The notes under the pieces are model-generated. The model made no database searches and had not been told where the DNA came from. It saw only the letters and a program-made list of their open reading frames with translations. Below, one piece after another: positions 22,258-32,036 of a DNA stretch of 64,000 nucleotides (the first letter of the stretch is position 1; each line of letters begins with the position of its first letter). The position numbers and the translations under genes are program-made. The DNA comes from an uncultured Clostridia bacterium. Its GTDB lineage: Bacteria > Bacillota > Clostridia > TANB77 > CAG-508. The stretch spans positions 123,896-187,895 of the forward strand of contig CALYAA010000001.1 in assembly GCA_944393385.1 (NCBI GenBank), read 5' to 3'.

Positions 22258-23025
22258 ATGTCAACTATATTAAAAATTGACAAAGTAGAAAAATACTATG
22301 GCAGTAAATCAAGTTTAACAAAAGCATTAGATAATTTATCTTTTGAAGTAGACAAAGGAGAATTTGTTGCAATAATGGGAGCATCAGGCTCAGGAAAAAC
22401 CACACTTTTAAATTGTATATCAACAATAGACAAAGTAACATCAGGTCATATATATGTTGGAGGAGATGATATTACAAAATTAAAAGGAAATGACTTAAAC
22501 AAATTTAGAAGAGAAAAATTAGGATTTATTTTTCAAGATTTTAATTTATTAGACACATTAACAGCATATGAAAACATATCTTTAGCACTATCTATTCAAA
22601 ATAAGTCAGCAAAAGAAATTGAAAAAAGAGTTAATGACATATCAAATAAATTAGGAATAAAAGATGTATTACAAAAATATCCATATCAAATGTCAGGAGG
22701 GCAAAAACAAAGAGTAGCTTCAGCAAGAGCAATTGTAACAGACCCACAAATTGTCTTAGCTGATGAGCCAACAGGAGCTTTAGACAGTAAAGCATCAAAA
22801 ATGTTACTTGAAAGTTTTGATTATTTAAATGAAAAACTAAACACTACAATTTTAATGGTTACTCATGACAGTTTCTGTGCATCATATGCAAGTAGAGTTA
22901 TTTTTATTAAAGATGGAAAATTATTTAATGAAATAATAAAAGGAAATAGTTCAAGAAAAGAGTTCTTTGACAAAATTATAGATGTTGTAACCTTACTTGG
23001 AGGTGAGGAAAATGACAACTATTAA
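22258..23025 (+). CDS. BceA-like ABC transporter ATP-binding protein (module 1)
   Basis: Walker A GASGSGKTT, Q-loop FIFQ, signature MSGGQKQRVA, and Walker B VLADEPTGALD. Confidence 0.9.
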   Translation: MSTILKIDKVEKYYGSKSSLTKALDNLSFEVDKGEFVAIMGASGSGKTTLLNCISTIDKVTSGHIYVGGDDITKLKGNDLNKFRREKLGFIFQDFNLLDTLTAYENISLALSIQNKSAKEIEKRVNDISNKLGIKDVLQKYPYQMSGGQKQRVASARAIVTDPQIVLADEPTGALDSKASKMLLESFDYLNEKLNTTILMVTHDSFCASYASRVIFIKDGKLFNEIIKGNSSRKEFFDKIIDVVTLLGGEENDNY

Positions 23026-25078
23026 ATTATCTTTTAGAAATATAAAGAAAAGTTTTAAAGATTACGCAATATACTTTTTTACACTAATATTAGGAGTTGC
23101 AATATTTTATGTATTTAACAGTATTGAAAGCCAAGCAGTATTATTAGATGTTACAGAAAGTACTTATGACATTATTGAAATGATGACAACTATGCTATCA
23201 GGAGCAAGTGTATTTGTAGCTTTTATATTAGGTTTTTTAATTATTTATGCAAGTCGATTTTTAATGAAAAGAAGAAACAAGGAATTTGGAATTTACATGT
23301 TACTTGGAATGAGTAAAAGAAAAATTTCTATGATATTATTTTTTGAAACAATTTTAATAGGAATTATTTCATTACTTGTAGGTTTAGGATTAGGAATTGT
23401 ATTATCACAACTTATGAGTATGTTAGTAGCAAATATGTTTGATGCAGATATGACAAAATATGAATTCATATTTTCATCAGATGCTTGTATAAAAACAATT
23501 ATTTATTTTGGAATAATGTATGTAATTGTTATGTTATTTAATGTAATAAATGTTGGAAAATGCAAATTAATAGATTTAATACAAACAAGCAAAAAATCAG
23601 AAACAGTAAAAATGAAAAATCCAATGTTATGTACAATTGTATTTGCTATTTCAGCAGTTGCTCTAGGATATGCTTATTATATGGTAACAGGAGGAATAAA
23701 TGAAACAGTTGAAACACCAAAAGATATTTTAAAGCCAATTATAATAGGAGGAATATCAACATTTTTCATATTTTGGTCTTTATCTGGATTAATTTTAAAA
23801 ATCGTAATGAGTATGAAGAACTTTTATACAAAAGGACTTAACACATTTACATTAAGACAAGTAAGTAGCAAAATAAATACAACCGTATTTTCTATGACAA
23901 TTATATGTTTATTGCTATTTGTAACAATATGTGTATTATCTAGTTGTTTATCATTAAAAAATTCTATGAGTGCTAATTTAGATGAACTTGCACCAGCAGA
24001 TGTTCAATTAGAAAAAAGAGTTTTAGATGAAAGTTGGTTAGACCAAGGCTATAATATGGAACAAATAGAAAATTCTAAATTATCAGTTAAAGAAATATTA
24101 GAAAGACTTGATTTTAATATAGATTCTTATTTAAAAGAAAGTGTAGAATATAATCTTTATCAAACAGATGAGTTAACTTTTGGAGATACATTAGGAGATA
24201 GTTTAGAAATAATAAAAAATGCTTATACATCAATGATACCATATAATATGCCAGATGATATTATGACAATAAGTGATTATAATAAAGTTGCTAAATTTTA
24301 TGGAAATGAAGAATATTCATTAAATGAAGATGAATATTTAATTATAGCAGATTTTGATTCAATGATAACAATAAGAAATGTAGCATTACAAAATAATCAA
24401 GAAATAACTGTTTTTGGACACACTTTAAAACCAAAATACCAAGAATGTAAATATGGATTTGTAGAAATGGCAAGCAACCATATAAATTCTGGAATTATAA
24501 TAATACCAGATGATATTGCTGATGAAAGCTGTATTGTATATAATTCTGTAATTGGAAATTATTATACAAATGACTTAGATGAACAAAGAGAAATACAAAA
24601 TCAAATAAGAAACTTAGTAAATAATCCACTTGCAACAAAATATAATTTACCTTCAATAAATAGCAAAGTAGATATAAGTGAAGCAAGTATTGGAATTGGA
24701 GCTTTAGTAACATTTTTAGGTTTATATTTGGGAATAGTTTTCTTAATTGCAAGTGTAGCAATATTAGCCTTAAAAGAATTAACAGAAAGCACAGATAATA
24801 AAGAAAGATATAAAATGCTTAGAAAACTTGGAGCAGATGAGAAAATGATTAATAAATCACTATTTAGACAGGTAGCAATATTCTTTATGTTCCCACTTGT
24901 TGTTGCAATTATCCACTCAATTTTTGGTATTACATTTTGTAGTTATGTAATTTCTACTTTTGGAAATGAACAATTATTGCCTTCAATTGTTATGACTGCA
25001 GTGTTTATAGTTGTTATTTATGGTGGCTATTTTGTAATTACTTATTTGTGTAGTAAGAATATTATAAAAGAAAATTAA
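23012..25078 (+). CDS. BceB-like FtsX-family permease, 10 TM with a large extracellular domain (module 1)
   Basis: Overlaps the ATPase gene by 14 nt. About 690 aa with the typical FtsX repeats and a roughly 200-aa central ectodomain. Paralogous to 46579-48675. Confidence 0.85.
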   Translation: MTTIKLSFRNIKKSFKDYAIYFFTLILGVAIFYVFNSIESQAVLLDVTESTYDIIEMMTTMLSGASVFVAFILGFLIIYASRFLMKRRNKEFGIYMLLGMSKRKISMILFFETILIGIISLLVGLGLGIVLSQLMSMLVANMFDADMTKYEFIFSSDACIKTIIYFGIMYVIVMLFNVINVGKCKLIDLIQTSKKSETVKMKNPMLCTIVFAISAVALGYAYYMVTGGINETVETPKDILKPIIIGGISTFFIFWSLSGLILKIVMSMKNFYTKGLNTFTLRQVSSKINTTVFSMTIICLLLFVTICVLSSCLSLKNSMSANLDELAPADVQLEKRVLDESWLDQGYNMEQIENSKLSVKEILERLDFNIDSYLKESVEYNLYQTDELTFGDTLGDSLEIIKNAYTSMIPYNMPDDIMTISDYNKVAKFYGNEEYSLNEDEYLIIADFDSMITIRNVALQNNQEITVFGHTLKPKYQECKYGFVEMASNHINSGIIIIPDDIADESCIVYNSVIGNYYTNDLDEQREIQNQIRNLVNNPLATKYNLPSINSKVDISEASIGIGALVTFLGLYLGIVFLIASVAILALKELTESTDNKERYKMLRKLGADEKMINKSLFRQVAIFFMFPLVVAIIHSIFGITFCSYVISTFGNEQLLPSIVMTAVFIVVIYGGYFVITYLCSKNIIKEN

Positions 25079-25115
25079 TTAGAAAAACACTTGAAAAATT
25101 TGTATTATTTGGTAA

Positions 25116-25226
25116 AATAATAGTGAAGTTGAACATGTTGTTAACTTTGAGTATAATAAAGATACTATTAATGATGATGTATTTGAAAATGTAGATACTA
25201 CTGGTTATGAAGTTAATTGGGAATAA
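25116..25226 (+). pseudogene. Start-less 36-codon gene tail (..VEHVVNFEYNKDTINDDVFENVDTTGYEVNWE*) with its own terminator; probable deletion remnant
   Basis: The open frame begins directly after an in-frame TAA. There is no start codon or RBS. It is followed by a terminator hairpin. Confidence 0.3.
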
Positions 25227-25229
25227 AAA

Positions 25230-25257
25230 GGCAATATATCATTATATTGTCTTTTTT
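25230..25257 (+). terminator. Intrinsic terminator
   Basis: GGCAATATA-TCAT-TATATTGTC stem followed by TTTTTT. Confidence 0.65.
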
Positions 25258-25303
25258 CTATACAATAAAAGTAGAAGATTGTATAAAAAGGGGAAGTACA
25301 CAA

Positions 25304-27514
25304 ATGTTAAAATTAGAAAATGTATCAAAAATATATTATAACAATGGAATAATAGCCACAGGATTTTCAAAAGTAAATTTAGAACTGAACTTAGGAGAAT
25401 TTGTAGTAATTACAGGAGAATCTGGAAGTGGAAAAAGTACTCTATTAAATGTTATTTCAGGGTTAGATAGCTATGAAGAAGGAGAAATGTACATAAATGG
25501 ACAAGAAACAAGTCATTACACAGAAAAAGATTTAGAACAATACAGGAAAAAATATATAGCAAATATCTTTCAAAATTTCAATTTAATAAATAGTTATACA
25601 GTATACCAAAATGTAGAATTAGTGTTACTTTTAAGTGGTTATAAAAAAAGCCAAGTCAAAAAGAAAATTTTAGATATTATTGATCAAGTAGGATTAACAA
25701 AATTCAAAAACACAAAAGTTTCAAAACTATCTGGAGGTCAAAAACAAAGAGTAGCAATTGCAAGAGCAATTATTAAAGACAGTCCAATAATAGTTGCAGA
25801 TGAGCCAACAGGAAATCTAGATACAGAATCTGCAAAAGATGTAATAGACATTTTAAGAAAAGTCTCAAAAGATAAGCTCGTTATAATTGTAACACATAAT
25901 ATTGAGCAATTTGAAGAACATGCAACAAGAATCATAAAAATGCATGATGGTAAAATTATTGAAAATAGAGAGATTGAAAAAATTGATGAAACTAATTTAA
26001 TAAAAGAAACTAAATTCAAAAAAGTAACATTTTTTAATAAATTGAGACTAGGAATTAGAAATACATTTAATATTAAATCAAAATTTTTGCTACTATTTAT
26101 GGTATTTTTCTTTATAACATCAGCTCTATTTTTAGAATACACAAGTTTTAAATTAGCAGAGAGCGACATTGATAATGGAGTTAGTGTAACTTTTAAAGAC
26201 TTATCAGAAAATAGAATATTAATAAAAAAACAAGATAAAACTTCTTTTTCAGAAGAAGACTATTCAAAAATAAGTAATTTACAAAATATTGATTATATAG
26301 TAAAAAATGATGTATTTTTAGATACACAAATTACAATATCACGTAGCACAACTAAAGGCTATGGAGAATGTTGGTATGCTACAACAATTAATGATGTTAA
26401 AAACTTTAAAGAACAAGTTGACTTAGGAAGAATACCAGAACAAGAAAATGAAGCAATTTTGCAAACAAGTAGTAAAAATTATTATATAGAAAATTTTGTC
26501 GATGAAGTTTTAGAACAAAATTTTTCTATTAAAGATTCACAAGAAAATTCAATTTTAGATGGAATAAAAATTGTTGGAATAAAATTTAATGAAAATAGTA
26601 ATAATTATGATTCTAAAATATACATGGATTCAACTCAAATTGAAAAATTAAACACATATATGAATGAAGAATATAGTACATTAAAAGCACTTTTTCAAAA
26701 CAAATATATACAAAACAAAATAGTTCCTAGTGAAAAAGTAGAAAAAGAAAATGCAATTGTAAGTGATGATTTAAAGAGTTTGGTAAAGAATGGAAGAATA
26801 AAAGGAAAAGATATTCAAATTGAAGTAAGCAATATATTTTATTCAGACAAAATCAATTTAACAATTAATAATACATATACCGAAAAATCTTTTACAAGAC
26901 TAACTGGAAATGATAATTATAAATTATATGGTAATGCAATTTTTATTAATAATGAAGTATATGATTCTTTATTTAATAAACAACCATATCAATCTAGTGT
27001 TTTTGTTAAAGATTTTGAAAATATAGACACAACAATTCTAGAACTTAATAATTTAGGAATAGATACTAAAAAGGTAACTGATTTTAAAGTAATTACAAAT
27101 GATAATTATAATGAATTAGTACAAATGATAAGAACTATAGTAACAATAATATTAATATTTATACTATTTTTTATATCATATTTTATAATAAAAATTATTT
27201 TAAAATCAAGAGCAATTTATTATACTACATTAAGAATGTTAGGCTCAAGCAGAAAAGAAGTAAGAAAAATATTAGATATAGAACTATTTATCAACTCTAA
27301 TTTAGCCTATTTTACATCAATATTAATAATATATTTAACAAAAATTAATATTATTAATATCCAATATTTAAGTAAACTTTCACAATTCATTGGATTATGG
27401 GAATGTGTATTAATTTATGTAATAATTATACTAATGTCTAAATTACTATCAAGAAAAGTATCAAAAGACATATTTAAAAAATCAGCAATTAGTACATATA
27501 ATGAGGAGGTGTAA
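25304..27514 (+). CDS. MacB-type ABC transporter, fused ATPase plus FtsX 4-TM permease (first of a pair)
   Basis: GGGGAAG RBS before the ATG at 25304. Motifs GESGSGKST, LSGGQKQRVAIARA and VADEPTGNLD, then TM1, a large extracytoplasmic domain and three C-terminal TM helices. Confidence 0.8.
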   Translation: MLKLENVSKIYYNNGIIATGFSKVNLELNLGEFVVITGESGSGKSTLLNVISGLDSYEEGEMYINGQETSHYTEKDLEQYRKKYIANIFQNFNLINSYTVYQNVELVLLLSGYKKSQVKKKILDIIDQVGLTKFKNTKVSKLSGGQKQRVAIARAIIKDSPIIVADEPTGNLDTESAKDVIDILRKVSKDKLVIIVTHNIEQFEEHATRIIKMHDGKIIENREIEKIDETNLIKETKFKKVTFFNKLRLGIRNTFNIKSKFLLLFMVFFFITSALFLEYTSFKLAESDIDNGVSVTFKDLSENRILIKKQDKTSFSEEDYSKISNLQNIDYIVKNDVFLDTQITISRSTTKGYGECWYATTINDVKNFKEQVDLGRIPEQENEAILQTSSKNYYIENFVDEVLEQNFSIKDSQENSILDGIKIVGIKFNENSNNYDSKIYMDSTQIEKLNTYMNEEYSTLKALFQNKYIQNKIVPSEKVEKENAIVSDDLKSLVKNGRIKGKDIQIEVSNIFYSDKINLTINNTYTEKSFTRLTGNDNYKLYGNAIFINNEVYDSLFNKQPYQSSVFVKDFENIDTTILELNNLGIDTKKVTDFKVITNDNYNELVQMIRTIVTIILIFILFFISYFIIKIILKSRAIYYTTLRMLGSSRKEVRKILDIELFINSNLAYFTSILIIYLTKINIINIQYLSKLSQFIGLWECVLIYVIIILMSKLLSRKVSKDIFKKSAISTYNEEV

Positions 27515-27517
27515 AAG

Positions 27518-29989
27518 ATGGTCAAGATTGAAAGATTGAATAAATATTTTAATAGAAGAAAACCAAATCAAATACATATAATAAATAATGTTTCACTTGA
27601 ATTAGGACAAACAGGTTTAATTGCAATTCTTGGACCATCTGGAAGTGGCAAGACAACTCTTCTAAATACAATAGGTGGTTTAGATAATGTAAACAAGGGA
27701 AAAATATTTATAAATGGTAAAAAAATAACTAAAAGAAGTACTTTTGTAAAAGATAAAATTAGAAATGCAAATATAGGATATATATTTCAAGATTACAAAT
27801 TAATTGATAATATGACTGTGTATAATAATATAGCTTTATCTTTAAGAATGATAGGTATTAAAAACAAAAATCAAATAAAGAAAAAAGTGGACTATGTGCT
27901 TAATAGTGTGAATATGTATAGACATAGAAATAGACCAGCCAAAATGTTATCAGGAGGAGAAAAACAAAGAGTAGCTATTGCTAGAGCAATTGTAAAAAAT
28001 CCAAACATTCTCTTAGCTGATGAGCCAACCGGAAATCTAGATAGTAAAAACTCAATAGAAATAATGAATATTTTAAAAGCAATCTCAAAAGAAAAACTAG
28101 TAATATTAGTTACACATGAAGAAGAACTTGCCAAATTTTATGCTTCAAGGATTATAGAAATCAAAGATGGACAAATTGTAAAAGATTATGAAAACACTGA
28201 TAAAGAATATTTAGACTATAGATTAGATAATAAAATTTATTTAAAAGATTTTGAAAATTATGAAAATTTTCAGAAAGATAATATAAAACTTGATGTATAC
28301 TATAACAAGTGTGATGCTATAAATGCAAAACTTGCTATTATGAATGGGAATATATATGTAGAAGCAGAAGGAAAAAAAGTAGAAGTAGTAGATGAAAATT
28401 CTATAATTGAATTTGTAAATGACAATTATAAAAAAATAGACAAAAAAATATATAAAGAATTTAAATTTGATTTAGAAGAAAATAAAAGAAAACCAAGATA
28501 TAGTTCAATTTATGGTATTTTAAAATCTGTTATAAATGGATTTAAAAAAATAGGAAATTATTCAATACTAAAAAAAGCCATACTTGTTGGTTATTTTGCT
28601 TCTGCAATGTTTATAGTATATTCAATTAGTAGCATATTTGCAACATTTAAAATTGAAGACAAAGATTTTATAACAAAAAATAAAAATTATTTACAAGTAA
28701 ATAGTGGCAAAATCAATATAGACCAATATTTACAATTGGAAACACTAGAAGGTATTGATTACATTTTGCCAGGAGACAGTTTAGCAAATTTTAAAATGAA
28801 ATTTGAAGAATATTTTCAAACATCAAGATTTTTTCTAAATATATCTGGTTCTCTAACAAGTATTGATGAAATTAATGCAAATGATTTGATTTATGGAAAT
28901 ATGCCAAGTAATCAACATGAGATTGTTATAGATAGACTAGTAATTGACAGAATTTCTAGCATTACAGGTAATAGTGGTTCAAGTTCTGGTGTAGAAAATA
29001 ATGTTATAAATGAAGTTGGTATACAAAAAATTCAAGATGTAATAGGAAAAAAATTATCGATTGACAATTTAGAAGATTTTGTTATTGTTGGAATTACAGA
29101 TAAAGCAAGTCCTTCAATATATATGAATAAAGATAATTTTATAAATATATTAAACAATACAACAAGTAATAATTCAAGTTTTAATTTTGGATTTATATCA
29201 CAGGATGATAATATTTCTGAAAAAGTTGAAGATTATAATTTATATTTAGATGATATTACAATAGAAAAAGGTAGAATGCCTACTAATGATTATGAAGTTA
29301 TTGTAAATATTGCTAATAAAGATACAATTAAATTAAATAAAACAATAGATACTAAAATTAACAATATAAATCTAAAAGTTGTTGGATATTATGAAAGTAA
29401 AACTAATAAACAAAATTATCTTGTAAATAATAATACAGTAAAATATGGTGTTTTAGAAAATAAAGATAATTTTGTAATATATCCAAAAAATAAAGAAGAT
29501 GTTTATAATAAACTAAAAAATGAACAGAACTTAAATATTATTGATACATATGAATATGATAAACAGCAATATATTGATAGCCAAAAAGAAAACGTTAATA
29601 ATACTATAATTTTCTCAGTAATTATTTTCTGTATTTCACTGATTGAAATTTACTTGATGATGAGAGCATCATTTTTAACTAGAGTAAAAGAAATTGGAAC
29701 TCTGAGAGCAATTGGTGTAAAAAGAATGGATATTTATAGAATGTTTACTGGAGAAATATTTGCAATTACAACAGTTGCAAGTCTAACAGGAGTTATATTT
29801 ATGTCTTATATTCTAAGCACTGTATCTAAGTTTAATGATTTTAAAAATATGTTTGTTATAAATTTTAATGTAATATTATTAAGCATTTTTATAATTTATA
29901 TTTTTAATTTTTTGGTTGGTTTAATACCTGTTTATAAAGTTTTAAGAAAAACACCTGCAAAAATTCTTGCAAGACATGATGTAGAATAA
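27518..29989 (+). CDS. MacB-type ABC transporter, fused ATPase plus FtsX permease (second of a pair)
   Basis: GAGGAGG RBS. Motifs GPSGSGKTT, LSGGEKQRVAIARA and LADEPTGNLD. C-terminal FtsX motif RVKEIGTLRAIGVKRMDI. Confidence 0.8.
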   Translation: MVKIERLNKYFNRRKPNQIHIINNVSLELGQTGLIAILGPSGSGKTTLLNTIGGLDNVNKGKIFINGKKITKRSTFVKDKIRNANIGYIFQDYKLIDNMTVYNNIALSLRMIGIKNKNQIKKKVDYVLNSVNMYRHRNRPAKMLSGGEKQRVAIARAIVKNPNILLADEPTGNLDSKNSIEIMNILKAISKEKLVILVTHEEELAKFYASRIIEIKDGQIVKDYENTDKEYLDYRLDNKIYLKDFENYENFQKDNIKLDVYYNKCDAINAKLAIMNGNIYVEAEGKKVEVVDENSIIEFVNDNYKKIDKKIYKEFKFDLEENKRKPRYSSIYGILKSVINGFKKIGNYSILKKAILVGYFASAMFIVYSISSIFATFKIEDKDFITKNKNYLQVNSGKINIDQYLQLETLEGIDYILPGDSLANFKMKFEEYFQTSRFFLNISGSLTSIDEINANDLIYGNMPSNQHEIVIDRLVIDRISSITGNSGSSSGVENNVINEVGIQKIQDVIGKKLSIDNLEDFVIVGITDKASPSIYMNKDNFINILNNTTSNNSSFNFGFISQDDNISEKVEDYNLYLDDITIEKGRMPTNDYEVIVNIANKDTIKLNKTIDTKINNINLKVVGYYESKTNKQNYLVNNNTVKYGVLENKDNFVIYPKNKEDVYNKLKNEQNLNIIDTYEYDKQQYIDSQKENVNNTIIFSVIIFCISLIEIYLMMRASFLTRVKEIGTLRAIGVKRMDIYRMFTGEIFAITTVASLTGVIFMSYILSTVSKFNDFKNMFVINFNVILLSIFIIYIFNFLVGLIPVYKVLRKTPAKILARHDVE

Positions 29990-30001
29990 AAAAGGATATA
30001 T

Positions 30002-30038
30002 AGCACTACAAAAGTTTAAATTTTGTGGTGCTTTTTTT
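30002..30038 (+). terminator. Intrinsic terminator after the ABC pair
   Basis: AGCACTACAAAA / TTTTGTGGTGCT stem followed by a T7 run. Confidence 0.8.
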
Positions 30039-30107
30039 GATAAGAAATTTTATAAACTGAAACTTTTTTTATTTTAATCTGTTTGTATAAATGAAAGGAG
30101 GATAGAA

Positions 30108-31922
30108 ATGGAAAAAGACATAGACATGAAACTATACCATGAATATTTAAATGGGCAAAAAGACGCTTTTGAAATTCTTTACAATAAATATAAAGAAAAA
30201 ATAAAGTATTTTGTTTTCAACATAGTAAAAGATTATCAAAAAGCTGAAGATATTACTCAAGAAGTGTTTATTTACATTATCCAAAACAAAATGCAAGAAA
30301 AATATTCCTTTAAATATTATATATTTTTAATAGCAAAATGTAGAGCATATAACTATATAAACATGGAAAACAGAAAAAAGGAAATAAATGAGCAATATTT
30401 TTCAAAAGAAAATAACAAAATAGAAAATGACATAATAGATATTATAACAGAAAATGAAAAAAGAAAAGAAATACTTGAAGCAATAAATATGTTAGATGAA
30501 AAATACAAAAATGCAATATATTTAGTCAATATAGAAGAACTATCATATAAAGAAACAGCCCAAATACTTGGAGAAACTGTCCAGAACATAAAAAATCTTG
30601 TACATAGAGGCAAAAAAGAATTACGAAAAATTTTAATAAAGAAAGGATTTGATGAAATGAATAAATCTTTAAAAGTTATATTAATAGTAATATTAGTTGG
30701 AGCATTGTTATCAGGAGTAGTTTATGCCGGAACAGTAATTTACAATAATTACATAAAAAATAATACAAATCATAATATATCAATGAATCCATCTTACCAA
30801 AGTACATTAGATGAAAAGACAATAAACAACTTATGGGTAGGAACAATAGACTTAGCATGGAAAGAATTAGAAAATCAATTAGGAAGAGAAAGAATTGATT
30901 TAGAAGATGGAAATCTACCAATTGTTGATGATTTAAATTCAAGTACTTTTACAAAAGATATGTTAGACGAAAATGATTATAATGTTACTGTAGAAAGAAC
31001 TTTAACAGGAGGATATAAAATAGATACATCACTAAATAAAGAATTACACTTTTTAGAAGAATTTGACAATTTTAGCGATAATTATAATTGGACATTTGGA
31101 GATAGTGAAGAACCAATAAAATATTTTGGAATTAACAATGCAAGTTCTGAAGAAATGAATAAAAATATTGAAATTCTATTTTTTAATAGAAATGATGATA
31201 ATAGTGCAAATAGTGATGATTTTGCAATTAAATTAAAAACACAAGAAGGAGATGAAATCATTCTATACAGAACAAATGAAAATAAAAATTTTGATGAATA
31301 TTATAACGACATTCAAGAAAAAGCAAATACATATACTGGCAGTAAAGAATTTCTAAAAGAAGATGAATTAAGAATTCCTTATGTTAGAGTAAATGGAATG
31401 ATTGCATATAACGAATTATATAATAAAACAATAAAAGACACCTCACTTTATTTTTCTGATGTAGTACAAAATATAAACTTTTATTTAAATGAAAAAGGAT
31501 GTAATTTATCTAGTCAGACAACATTAGTAACTGAAGTAATAGGAATATCAAATGAACCAAGATATTGTTATTTTGATGATCAATTTATTGTATTTATGAA
31601 AGAAGCAAATTCTAATAATCCATATTTTGCTTTAAAAGTCGATAATACAGATATATTAGAAAAAAAAGAAGAAATAGATGCCCCTAAAATAATAGATTAT
31701 ACAGCAATTGATAGTAGTAAATATGTTGCTACAGAAGGGGAGTACAAGTTTTATGAAGATGAAAATTATGAATATTATTTTCCAACTCGTAAAGTTGCCT
31801 ATGTAATAGTATATTTTAAAGATGGTGATTATTTTGATGTAGAAAATGCATTGAAAGATGGAAAGATTACAATAGATTTATTGGACAAGTATGAAATTGA
31901 ATACATAAGAAGGGAAAAATAG
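30108..31922 (+). CDS. ECF-type sigma-70 factor fused via one TM helix to a roughly 400-aa extracytoplasmic serpin-like domain
   Basis: AGGAGG RBS. Sigma region 2 (AEDITQEVFIYIIQ) and region 4 HTH (LSYKETAQILGETVQNIKNLVHRGKKELR). TM at residues ~187-208. The C-terminal part shows serpin-like motifs (see the corresponding finding). Confidence 0.6.
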   Translation: MEKDIDMKLYHEYLNGQKDAFEILYNKYKEKIKYFVFNIVKDYQKAEDITQEVFIYIIQNKMQEKYSFKYYIFLIAKCRAYNYINMENRKKEINEQYFSKENNKIENDIIDIITENEKRKEILEAINMLDEKYKNAIYLVNIEELSYKETAQILGETVQNIKNLVHRGKKELRKILIKKGFDEMNKSLKVILIVILVGALLSGVVYAGTVIYNNYIKNNTNHNISMNPSYQSTLDEKTINNLWVGTIDLAWKELENQLGRERIDLEDGNLPIVDDLNSSTFTKDMLDENDYNVTVERTLTGGYKIDTSLNKELHFLEEFDNFSDNYNWTFGDSEEPIKYFGINNASSEEMNKNIEILFFNRNDDNSANSDDFAIKLKTQEGDEIILYRTNENKNFDEYYNDIQEKANTYTGSKEFLKEDELRIPYVRVNGMIAYNELYNKTIKDTSLYFSDVVQNINFYLNEKGCNLSSQTTLVTEVIGISNEPRYCYFDDQFIVFMKEANSNNPYFALKVDNTDILEKKEEIDAPKIIDYTAIDSSKYVATEGEYKFYEDENYEYYFPTRKVAYVIVYFKDGDYFDVENALKDGKITIDLLDKYEIEYIRREK

Positions 31923-31973
31923 AATTTCCTCATTTTTTGTCGAAAAGAATTTGAATAAAAACAGTTTATTTCA

Positions 31974-32002
31974 TTGACAATGAATTATATTCATGATAAA
32001 AT
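31974..32002 (+). promoter_or_regulatory. SigmaA-type promoter (TTGACA-17-TAAAAT)
   Basis: Consensus -35 with exact 17-nt spacing, about 35 nt upstream of the ATG at 32037. Confidence 0.5.
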
Positions 32003-32036
32003 ACAAACAGATTTTCGAAAAAAAGGAGGTGTAAAT

